From: Candidatus Heimdallarchaeota archaeon
GTDB taxonomy: Archaea > Asgardarchaeota > Heimdallarchaeia > Hodarchaeales > Hodarchaeaceae
Length of the DNA: 21,474 nucleotides
NCBI GenBank assembly: GCA_019057635.1
Contig: DXJL01000083.1
Location: 1 to 21,474 of the forward strand
Direction: 5' to 3'
Positions within the stretch are counted from its first letter, which is position 1, and the number at the start of each line of letters is the position of its first letter. The notes below the pieces were generated by a model that was not told the origin of the DNA, made no database searches, and worked only from the letters and a program-made list of their open reading frames with translations. This document shows, piece after piece, positions 1 to 11,100 of this stretch. A program made the translations under genes and the position numbers.

Positions 1-34
1 CTAACACAATGCCTAAGTGTGCAATACCTGCCAT
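1..34 (-). CDS. Possible 5' start of a gene running off the left edge (MAGIAHLGIVL...), possibly a membrane protein
   Basis: ATG at 34 on the minus strand with AGTGAT (SD-like, 41-46) just upstream, 18 nt after the RDD stop; frame open to the window edge. Only 11 codons are visible. Confidence 0.35.
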   Translation of the reverse strand, partial: MAGIAHLGIVL

Positions 35-52
35 ATGATGATCACTTTGTTC

Positions 53-775
53 TTAAACTTTGACAACAATCGTTTCCGCTAAGATATCTAAACCACGTTG
101 ACTCTTTGTTTTTTCTGGGTCAAACCGTTCCAGAATCATTCCTAAGATGACATCAACAGGTAAGAATTCTTCAATTATGAAAACTTTAGAAAAATTACGG
201 ATTATTGCCTGTTTCCAGGTGATTCTTATTCCTGTTTGATCGACAACAACTAAATGAAAAAGCTTCTTTCCGATGGTTGAACCGTAATAATACTCCAGTA
301 CAACATTATACCCCACGAATATAATAACTGTAATAATTGTAAGAATGGAAATATACACTAATAATAGTACGCCTTGCAGCGAAAAATCAACAATTCCACT
401 TTCCCAGTTGGTGAATTCAGTCATCAGATCATCCAAGGGGATTATTGTGAAGATTAGAACAAGAAGTCCAACGGAAAGAAATGCAATTACTAATACTAAT
501 TCAGCAATAAAATCGATCAACCACGCGAAAAATCGTGTAGTCCATCTAGCACGCTCGTAATGCCAATCATTTCCTTGACTTACATTCAAAGCAACATCAC
601 GAGGAGATCCAAAAACTGAGGAAGGAACCTCTCCCTCTGAATCATTCATTGCGGATTGAACGTCTATTCGCAGCTCATCTAGAGCGTCTTGCTTCTTTTC
701 TTTCGAATAAGGAAGATATTGACTTACCTCATCAATATACAAATCAATTTGTTTTATCTTCGATTTTTTACCCAT
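53..775 (-). CDS. RDD-family membrane protein with N-terminal HAAS (DUF1700-like) helical domain
   Basis: RDD motifs RFFAWLID, G-STIGKKLFHLVVV, AIIRN and QRGLDILAETIVV, with two long hydrophobic segments. The N-terminus YIDEVSQYLP...DELRIDV...FGSPRDVA matches the HAAS pattern. Confidence 0.85.
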   Translation of the reverse strand: MGKKSKIKQIDLYIDEVSQYLPYSKEKKQDALDELRIDVQSAMNDSEGEVPSSVFGSPRDVALNVSQGNDWHYERARWTTRFFAWLIDFIAELVLVIAFLSVGLLVLIFTIIPLDDLMTEFTNWESGIVDFSLQGVLLLVYISILTIITVIIFVGYNVVLEYYYGSTIGKKLFHLVVVDQTGIRITWKQAIIRNFSKVFIIEEFLPVDVILGMILERFDPEKTKSQRGLDILAETIVVKV

Positions 776-792
776 TTTATTTCAACACATCA

Positions 793-1140
793 TTAAGCAT
801 CAATCATTTCTTGAATAATATCAACAAACTCTTTCATTGTCTGCTGCAAGGAAGTTAAGAAATCTTTACCATCCCCAGTTAGAGAATAGACTCTTTTGCG
901 GGACTCCTCCTCTTTAATTCCTTGGATTATACCACTCTTTTCCATATTTGTAAGAATTGGATAGATATTTGATCCAACAATTGAAATTTTATCCTTTGTC
1001 ATCTCTCTAACGGTTTTGGAGATTTGAAAGGGATAATCTGGCTTCTCAGCAAGAGTGAACAGAATAAGCGGCTTTGAAAACCCTTTCTTGAATTCTATTT
1101 CGTATTTTTGAAGTTCTTTATCCAAGTCCAATGATTTCAA
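793..1140 (-). CDS. PadR-family winged-helix transcriptional regulator
   Basis: KKG...LILFTL...YPFQI...GSNIYPILTNMEKSGII...RKRVYSLTGDGK is the PadR signature. TTG start; 17-bp gap to the RDD gene suggests an operon. Confidence 0.9.
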   Translation of the reverse strand: MKSLDLDKELQKYEIEFKKGFSKPLILFTLAEKPDYPFQISKTVREMTKDKISIVGSNIYPILTNMEKSGIIQGIKEEESRKRVYSLTGDGKDFLTSLQQTMKEFVDIIQEMIDA

Positions 1141-1150
1141 CTCTGTCTAC

Positions 1151-1177
1151 ACTCTATATATTGACTCTATATATAGA
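1151..1177 (-). promoter_or_regulatory. Candidate TATA box and PadR operator
   Basis: 11-bp direct repeat ACTCTATATAT (1151-1161, 1164-1174) and perfect 12-bp palindrome TCTATATATAGA (1166-1177), 11-37 bp upstream of the PadR start. Confidence 0.55.
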
Positions 1178-1300
1178 TTGTGGTTACGGTATCACAAGAG
1201 GGCTAAGAAAAAAATCCTTCTGCTTTCCTAGAAATTCCGAATTGTCCTTCAAAGGAATAAAAAAGAAATAACCTAAACAAAGATTCCCTGATTCAAAATA

Positions 1301-1768
1301 CTAATCTCTTAGCTCTATCCGATAAGCAAGATTATTTCCGATATCTAAATGATCACGATACAGCATTCTATCAATATTTACTAATAATATGAATAAAACA
1401 GGTTTCACTTTCACTAGTATCATATCAGGTTCATTAACGTATCTATCATAATCTTTAGGGAATTTCTTTTGAAACTCTCTCAAATAATCCTTATTATTAG
1501 AATCTAAGATACTTCCGTGTAACTTAGCAATCCCTTCAACCTGTAAATTGTCTCTACACATCGCTATATTTGGATTCTCTTGAATTTGCTTACATTTCGT
1601 ATGGTTTCCATAAGACCAAAAGAAGATTTGGAGTCCATTATTAACAAAGCTGACTGTTCTCGCGGTTACGCGATTATTTGATGAGGTTGCTACTACAATA
1701 CCCCTTTTCCCTTCTAGAAACTTAATAATATTCTCTTTCAAATCTGAAAAACTTATTTTTTGCTGCAT
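1301..1768 (-). CDS. Pyridoxamine 5'-phosphate oxidase-like (FMN-binding split barrel) protein
   Basis: VVATSSNNRVTARTVSF...K-KQIQENPNIAMC...LQVEGIA pattern. The ATG at 1768 (MQQKISF) is preferred over the GTG at 1816. Confidence 0.8.
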   Translation of the reverse strand: MQQKISFSDLKENIIKFLEGKRGIVVATSSNNRVTARTVSFVNNGLQIFFWSYGNHTKCKQIQENPNIAMCRDNLQVEGIAKLHGSILDSNNKDYLREFQKKFPKDYDRYVNEPDMILVKVKPVLFILLVNIDRMLYRDHLDIGNNLAYRIELRD

Positions 1769-2013
1769 CACTGAAAATTTTCCACCGATAATATTCGTAT
1801 TAATGCAAGCTTTCACCTTTTTAAGATTTACAATTTTTCTCCTAGAAGGATTGATTTTGATAGGAATTAATTTCTATATAATTGTTGCTTCTTTGTTATG
1901 GTTATACGCGGTATTGACACCGTTTCTTGCGGATAAATTCTCTAGTTGACAGGGATAAGGGAATGTATATTAAGTTCAATTCATCTACATGCCCTAAGAC
2001 GGATGCACCATTG

Positions 2014-2032
2014 ATTAGGAATCTGTCCTAAT
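2014..2032. promoter_or_regulatory. Inverted repeat in the divergent intergenic region, candidate TF site
   Basis: ATTAGGA-N5-TCCTAAT, perfect 7-bp arms, about 110 bp upstream of the giant gene's ATG. Confidence 0.35.
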
Positions 2033-2140
2033 TCCGAATATCGCAGCATCTTGACGAATTTCCATAATTAGATATATTCATAGTTGAGATTTCGGATTTA
2101 ATTTGATTCAAGTGATAAAAGTCTGTTGGAGATACAAATT

Positions 2141-5100
2141 ATGAGGATTAGAATATTTCAAGTACAACATGTTGTGCTATTAACAATCTTAACGTTAAAC
2201 GTTTTTGCCTTGATGATTAATTTCAATAGTGTATTAGGTGGGGAAACTGAAGGCTTCACAACAGACCTATTACGAGGATTAGGAGTTTCAACACACGATG
2301 AGGATAAAACAAAATCCCCGATTCCACGACTAACTGCTGAGGATCTGGCCAATTACAACGAAAAAAACCAAATAAGCCGTTTCCCAGTCACGACATCAAA
2401 AATAGCTAACAGTTTCTCTCTTCCTACTTGGGGTGGAGCGGGGTTCATGTTTCGAAAGAATATAACAATAGATTCGTCTAAAGTATTAGCTAATTTGAAT
2501 GATTTTCCTGTATTGGTTGATCTCTATGGAGATAAGGATCTTTTCGGTGTACGTCAATCGACTGGCTATGATATTATGTTCACAGATGCTAGTGGGAATA
2601 AACTAGATCATGAAATCGAAATTTTTGAACAGGAAGTTCCCCGCTTAATAGCGTGGGTTAAAACGGATCTATCAAGTTCAACAGATACCATAATCTCTAT
2701 GTATTTCGGCAACGACACAATTCCTAATCAAGCTAACCCAACTGGAGTGTGGGCTAACAATTATGAGGGTGTATATCACCTCAGTGAAGATCCAACGGGA
2801 ACAATCTATGATAGTACCGCTAATACTAATGATGGATCAGCAGCAGGTTCTATGACAAGTTCTGATCAGGAAGAAGGAATTTTTGATGGAAGTGTAGATT
2901 TCGATGGATCAAATGATCTAATAAACATTGGAGATGTAAATTCGAATTCTTGGACTGGGATTACCGCTCAAGCATGGATTTTCCATGACACAACTGGCGA
3001 TGATCGTATTATTTGTAAATCTCCATCTGGAGTCACATCAGCGCATATCATATCCTTAGCTGTAGTTAGTAGTGGTTCAAATGATCGAATGAGAGTTCGA
3101 TTATCAACAGACGGTACTGGAGGATCTGCAGCTATCAGTCGAGATTCTGCCATGTCATTCACGACTGGTACGTGGCATCATGTAGCTTTCACATGGGATA
3201 GTGCTTCAGAAAGAATTTATTTATACATTGATGGATCTCAAGATAGTAACAATTATTTTAAGGATGGAGATTCTATTGATGATTCATCCTTACCTGTTAT
3301 TTTAGCCAATGTAAATACTGGAGAAGATGAGCGGTATTATGATGGAAAAATTGATGAAGCACGTCTTTCTAATGTTGCGCGTTCGGCAAATTGGATAGGT
3401 ACAGAGTATAACAATCAGTTTTCCCCATACTCTTTCTATTCAGTAGGTGCATTAGAAGAACCTCCTTCATCAGAACTATACAGATTTAGAAAAGATCTAG
3501 TGATTGATAACACTAAAGTCTCTGGAAGCAGTGATCTCTCACAAATCAATGTGTTGTTTGATATTTATGATACTGATATTCATAAAGATGGGAGAATTCA
3601 GATTGGTGGTAATAATCTTGTATTCAAAAACCAAGGTACAGATACAGAGCTTTATTATGAAATAGAGGAATGGAACCAGCTATTCAACGATACACATGCT
3701 CATTTGCGTGTTTGGGTTCAAGTAGATACTCTATATGCTAATATTGATACTCTTATTACCATGTATTATGGAAATCAAGCGAATTTTGGTTATCACCAAC
3801 CAGATATCGTCTGGAGTGATTATATTGGAGTGTGGCATCTGGGAGATTCTGTAAGTGATGAGGGTTCCGCTGTCAATGTTCATACCGATTCAACCGCAAA
3901 TATTAACCATGGGAATCAACATGGGAATGATGATACAACAGGAGTAATCGGTAATGCCCAAGATTTTGATGGTACAAATGATTATGTAGAAATGGGTGAT
4001 ATTGATATACTTGAATTAAGTGGGGGTACTTTCTTCACGATATCTGGCTGGTTTTATCGCGATTCAACATCGTCAACTGATGTTATTATTGATAAATTTC
4101 ATCCACGTTCTCCTGAATATACAGGTTACACCTTGTACATTGATGGTTCTGATGGTTTACTACATATCATTGTAGCTGATGATGATGATGATGGTCTTCA
4201 TATGACCGCGGATATTGATTTTAATGCCGTACCTTCGGATTGGTATTCCTTCTACATCACATTCGATACAGGAGTGAATTCAGATACATCATCTTGGAAT
4301 ATATATATCAACGGAGTAGATAATACATCCTTGAGAGAGTTTTACGGAGCTGGTGCTAGTTATAGTGGTAATGACGATTTTTCCTCTCCTAACAATCCCA
4401 AATCGTTCACAATTGGAGCTCATGCAAATAATACTAATTTTTTCGATGGTAAAATAGATGAAATCCGTTTTATTGAACAAGAACTATCATTCGATCGTAT
4501 TAATACCGAATATACAAACCAGTATGATCCTAATTCATTCTATAGCGTAAGTACTGAAGTTGAGAACACTGATTGGTGGTTAGATGAGTCTTATGGAAGG
4601 AAAAAGGATATAATTGTAGATAGTCAGCAGTTAGGTCAAACGGATGAGACTGTAAATGTGAGACCATGGGCACCAGGCTATACACAAACTTGGAATCATT
4701 ACAATCGTATTGGTGCAGTACAAGATTATTTAGCCATTGATGAGGTGGAATATGATAATGATGGGACTTTTATCTATACTTCCGTTGATGCGTCAAATCG
4801 ATATAGCTCATACAAACTTAAAGGACTCCAAAATGAATTTGACGGAAGTATTACAAGTATTACTCTTCATAGTCGGGCTAGAAGAAGGACAGTTTCGGGA
4901 TCTGGCTCCGTATTCTCATCAAATATTCGTGTTTTCGTGCGACCTGCAACACAGAATTACTACGGAAGTTCACAATGGGCAAGTACTGGATATAATTCTT
5001 TCACTGATACATGGAATACTAATCCTGTCACTGGCCAGCCTTGGTCTTGGGATGATCTTTCAGATCTAGAAATTGGTGTACGAGGATACATTGATTATAA

Positions 5101-8100
5101 CCAGACTGAAACTGTTGTGGAATTGAGAATCACTCAATTATATGCCGAGATTACCTATACAAGAGATAAGGATATATTTAACTTTCCATTATCATTAAAT
5201 CTTTATGATTCTGATTTAAAAACAGATGTTCAACCTGACGCTGACGATATTGCTTTTTACGATACAATAGGAAGGAAATTAGACCATGATTTGACGTTTG
5301 ATCAAAATTTCAATACAACTCACGCACATTTATCAGCCCACATCAATATCGCGAGAATTTCCATATCAAGTAACACCATTGTCTCAATGTATTACGGAAA
5401 TTCAACAATTGGTAATCAACAAAACCCAGATGCGGTGTGGGATGATCTCTACAGTGCAACATGGCATCTCGATGAGTCAAGTGGAGGAGTTGATGCTATA
5501 AAGGATGCTACTTCAAATAATAATCATGGTACTGACAATGGAACCCCAACCTTAGGTACATCAGGAGTGGTTGGACCCTCTATAGGTTTTGATGATGTTG
5601 ATGATTTTATAAACGTTACAGATGATTCGAGCCTTCGTTTCGACAAGTTTATCACTGCTTCTGCTTGGATTAATCCTGATGTTACAGACAAATGGCAAAC
5701 AATTCTTTCAAAAATGGATGGACAAACTGAACATCTATATTTTGTACTAGATAACACTAATCTCTACATAGGTTTAGATCCAATAAGAGTAGATTGGAAT
5801 ACTGGAATAAGCATCAGCAGTGGTACATGGCAACATGTCGCACTGACATATGATGGAGAAATCCTTAGAGTTTATAAGAATGGAGTATTGGGCGCATCAA
5901 CAATTGGTGAAGGAACATTATCATTAGAAAACAATAACCATTTACTACATATTGGTTATAATGAAGGCTGGACTGGTGAAAAATGGGATGGTTATCTTGA
6001 TGAAATTCGCCTCTCTAGAACTGCAAGAGCAATTGATTGGTTGAAATTAGCTTACCTAAACCAAATGCCTTCTAGTGCCTTGTTAACCATTAGTTCTGAA
6101 AATGACCATGCTACTCCAGTCATAAATGATTTTAGTACAGACGATCCTGGTGATGGTCAACCAACTTTTTGGGCAAACATTACTGATCACGATTCTTCTG
6201 TATTAAGCGTCACCCTAAGTTTAAATGGGACAGATCATCTGATGAGCCAAAACGGAAGCGGACTCTGGATTTATCAACCAATTGGGGTTTCATATGGAGA
6301 TTATTATGAATATCAGATAATTAATGCTTCAGATACTGTTGGAAATTACTTAACAATTGCTTCAATAGAGAAGAATATCACTTTTAATTACGATTCTGTT
6401 ATACCTGGTGTGATAGACTGGGAATATTATTCAGGAACTAAAGAATTTAAAGCAAATGTTTCTGACACTTGGGGAGTAATTGATACTGTAATAATAAATG
6501 TGACTTACCATGAAAACATGGCTGACACAAGCAGCCTTTGGGCTGTTATGCAGAATACAGCCTCTGGATTCATGAACGACACTATCATAATGATTGAGGG
6601 GACGATGAATTTTGTTATTACTCTTAACGATACATATGGAAATTCATTCACTTCATCAGAACATCCAGGATTTGTCGTAAACACACCACCAGAGGCATCC
6701 AATTTGAACTTGTCTCGGAATTCTTCCTCTATCTTGCTTCCAGTGACTAGTAATGACACCTTGTACTTTTTGTACAGTTACAGTGATGCTGAACTAGATC
6801 CCGAATCGGGATCAGTGATTCGGTGGGAAAAATGGAATGGTACACATTGGAATATTCAATCCGCTTATAATGATCTGAAAAATATCACAGCGGGAGTACT
6901 GACTCGTGACGATGTATGGCGGGTACAGTTTCAGCCTAATGATGGAAAAGACTTTGGTGATTGGTATGTTTCGGGTAATATCACTATTCAAAACACTGTT
7001 CCTATTGTTTTCAATGTTGAGATAAGTCCAAGTGTGCCTACAACAAATTCAACCTTAATCGTTGAATATAGCTGGTTAGATATTGATACTGGAGATATTG
7101 AGACTGGAAGTCAAATCAGATGGTACCGTGATAATGGAAATGGATCTGGTTTTCTCCTCCTTAATCAGTACAACGATTTGCTGCAGCTTCCAGAAAATGA
7201 GACCACAAAAGATGACCAATTTTATCTTACAATAACTCCTGGAGACGGAATCGGATTAGGAAATATATTCACCTCTGGAACCATAACTATCCTTAATACG
7301 CCTCCTACATTAATAGTTAAAATTAATGACAATACAGTGCCAGCAACAGTTGCTAATGACACAAATTTAGATGCTACATATCAATATTCAGATGTAGATG
7401 GAGATAACGAAACCAGTGCATCTCTAGAAATCCGCTGGTGGCGATTCAATTTGACAAGTGGGAAATTTGAGTCATTTGTCAATGGTACATTAACAGTGTC
7501 GTCTACCTCAACGAATACATCTGAATTATGGCGTGTAGACATGTGGATAAACGATGGGACAGATTATAGTGAATGGACTTCCTCTGCCACAATTAGTATC
7601 GGTGTTCAACCTAATCAGGCACCTAGCGCGCTACAAGTTAATTTAACTTCAAGTAATCCAGTAGCTGGAGGGTCATTATATGCAAATTATACTTATTTCG
7701 ATCCTGATGGCGACAGTGAATCTCTAACGTCTTTTCATTGGTATAAAAATGGAATTTATCAGCCCCAATTCGATGGTATTCGCAATCTTCTCACTGCTTC
7801 CCTGATAAAAGGTGATAATTGGACTGTAGAAGTTAGACCTCAAGATAATAAAAATGATTATGGAGAGTGGAATTCCAGTCTACCTATAAAGATTCTTAAT
7901 ACTGCTCCAGTAGTATTAACAGCGGAAATTTTTCCAGCTACAAATGTATATACCTCTAGTACATTATTAATAAACTATCAAGGAACTGACGTAGACGAGG
8001 ATAGTATTACTTTAATTTCTGTTGTGTGGATTAATGGTAGTCAAGAAATAGTGGGATTATATAATGAGACAGAAGTTCCTTCCACGTATTTAAAGAAGGG

Positions 8101-11100
8101 AGAGACGTGGAAATATGTACTTAGGATTTTTGATGGTACTGATTGGTCTGATAACAGAACCTCAGAAAATATCACGGTATTAAACTCTCTAATGTCGTTT
8201 GATAGTGTTTCATTAACAGGAGGAGCTGATACACTAGAGGATATTGGAATCGATTATTCTTACACAGATTTGGATAGTGATCTAATTAATTTGGGGCAAA
8301 CAAAGATAAATTGGACGATTGAGTATGCTTCTGGAGGTAATCTAACTGTTGATGGAGTATGGGCATTAAGTAATACGTACGTTGTTGCAGGTGATACTAT
8401 AACAGTAGAAATAACACCTCATGATGGAGAAAGTCTTGGTGTGACTTGGCAGCCGTATAGAACAAGATTGATAATAGGTAATGCCATTCCTACAATTTCA
8501 GGACAACCAAATATTCTAGGTCCTGATAATAGTACAGATTTTTACGCTTCTGATGAGCTTCATTTCAACTATACTGCTACTGATCCAGATTTTAGTGAAA
8601 GCAGTGCATTGTATAATATAGATTATGATCTTGATGGATATGTGGTAGGCGCAAAATATCGTTGGTACCGAAATGGTATCTTGGTATCTGAACTCAATAC
8701 ACCTATAGTACCAATAGCATATCTGGTACGTGGTGACGAGTGGAAAGCAAGTGTTAAACCACGCGACCGCTTCGGTGATTTTGGTTCGTGGGTAAATTCA
8801 ACAGTTATCATTATTACGAATAGTCGCCCTCTCATTAGTGAATTTCGTGAAACTAACTCTTACACAACTTCGGATATGAATCTTGATATTGAGTTTACTT
8901 ACTCGGATTATGATGGTGATCCTATCAATCTTTCAAACACAATTATTCAATGGTATAATTATAGTACTCTCATTGTGGGTACAGAAATTACGGTTATATC
9001 CACAGAACAGGTCGGGAATGAATATATTGTAATAATTCGCTTATTCTCGGATTACTACATTAGAGGAGACAATATCACGGTAGAAGTTCAACCACATGAT
9101 GGTACTGAATGGGCACTTCAATCAAATACGAGTTTTGACATAATTATTGGGAATGCGAGACCATTTGCCTTTAATGTAAACCTGAAGCCTAATGGAACTG
9201 ACACTTCAGCCTATACAACTGATAATCTAAATGTCTCTTGGTCATATTCAGATCCAGATAATGATCTTGAAGTGACATCTCTCGCAAAGATTATCTGGAA
9301 AAACAAGGGAATTCCTCAACCTATGTTTGAAAATCAGAGCTCGATTCTTTCAGATAATATTAATAAAGGTGACGTGTGGACAATTGAAATTTTTGTCTTT
9401 GATGGGATAGAATGGAGTAAAGACCCCAAAATATCTACCCCACTTATAGTAGAGAATACTCCTCCCATAATTATTTCAGTAGCAATAATAAGTGATAGTG
9501 GAAATACCTCTGAGACGTATGCTGATACGAATCTTGTGATTGATCTCTTTGATGGTGTTAATTACACTGATGTCGATGGTGATTTCATTTTATACTTTGG
9601 AACAATAACACGATGGTATAGAAATGGAGTCCATCAACCGAGCTATGATGATGCAAATCTTCTACCCAGTTCAGTTCTTTTCAAGGGTGATTATTGGTAT
9701 ATTGAAGTTCAAATTACTGATGACCTATTTGCATATTCATTAAATCAAACTTCGCAGAATATAACCATCGTAAATAAAGCCCCATCTGTTATTTCTGTTT
9801 CTCTTACTGGAAATGAATACACAGGATTTTTTGTAGAGAATGAGGATGTTAGTATCGCAATTTCTGTTTTGGATATAGATATAGGAGATTCTGAGCTATC
9901 TTATATCACTTGGACGGTGAATGGAGTGCCTAATTCACTTTATGATAACCTACGCACAATTCCTAAGAATGGAACCCAAGCTGGAGACACATGGAATGCG
10001 ACAATTTTAGCCTCGGATGGATATGATAATACTACCAGCCTGTTTTATTTTTCGTTATTTATTCAAAGCAGTCCAAAAATTCATAATTTCACGGCAAATG
10101 TAGTGGAAGAGGAAGTTGATGGAACTTTCGAAATTTCTATTGAAATGACAGATGCTTTGAATCACAATATCCTTCTCGGTAGATATGACGTGTATTTAAA
10201 CAAGTCAGGATCAATAGTCAAGACTGGCTTCTTAGAGGCTAATGCTACTCATTGGTTCTTTACATTCGACTTGCTAGATTACGCTGATGGGAGTTATTTC
10301 AACACATCAGCCGTTGTAACAATTACCGCACAATCTATTATCGGAGTAACTACTATTGAGTCATTTAACTTTACTTTGATCGATGGAGTTGCTCCAAAAA
10401 TCAAAACGACGGGCGGTTCTTCTGGAGTTTGGTTTGATAAAGATATTGAAACTAATCCTACAACCCTCACCTTCTACGCAGCCATTGAAGAATATGGGTC
10501 AGGTGTATCTAGTGTCCTCTTATACTACTATTTCAATCTCGTTGATGTTGAGGGTGAAGGATCTTCTATCTATCAAGAAGATGGTGATTTTTCCACAATT
10601 GAGATGACATATCTTAGAACCGATGGTGAAATACTAATTTATTCAGCCTCTGTTGACTATATTCAGGATGGAAATGATTATGAACCTCTGTTCTACGTTT
10701 CTACATCTGACAACGCAGGAAATAGTAATCCGAATGCGTTTGATATCAGAAATCATCCTGAAAGAATCGAACTTATTCCATATCAGCCCGAAGGGCTTCC
10801 CCCCGAGTTACTGTTAATTGCTGGTCTTGCCGTCTTTCTAATATTCATTGGAGCAATTGTCTATGTACGGTTCATACGAAAACCGGAGATTATTGGCTTA
10901 GATAAAGATTTAGTAATGACTGGAGTCCCCAAAATTGATGAAGAGGAAATAATTACTTCTATTGACCGTCACACTTTGGGCCTTGTAGTCAGTTTCTTCG
11001 ATCAGCTACATGGGCCTATTCCTATTATTGTCATCCCTGAGATGCTCAAAGATAATTATAGCAAATTAGTAGCACTTTCTGATCGTTCGTTCAGTGGTAC

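Noticed and set aside
6680-10066. Possible CRISPR or DNA tandem array
   Set aside because: The repetition is at protein level only; no identical nucleotide repeats with spacers were seen anywhere in the window.
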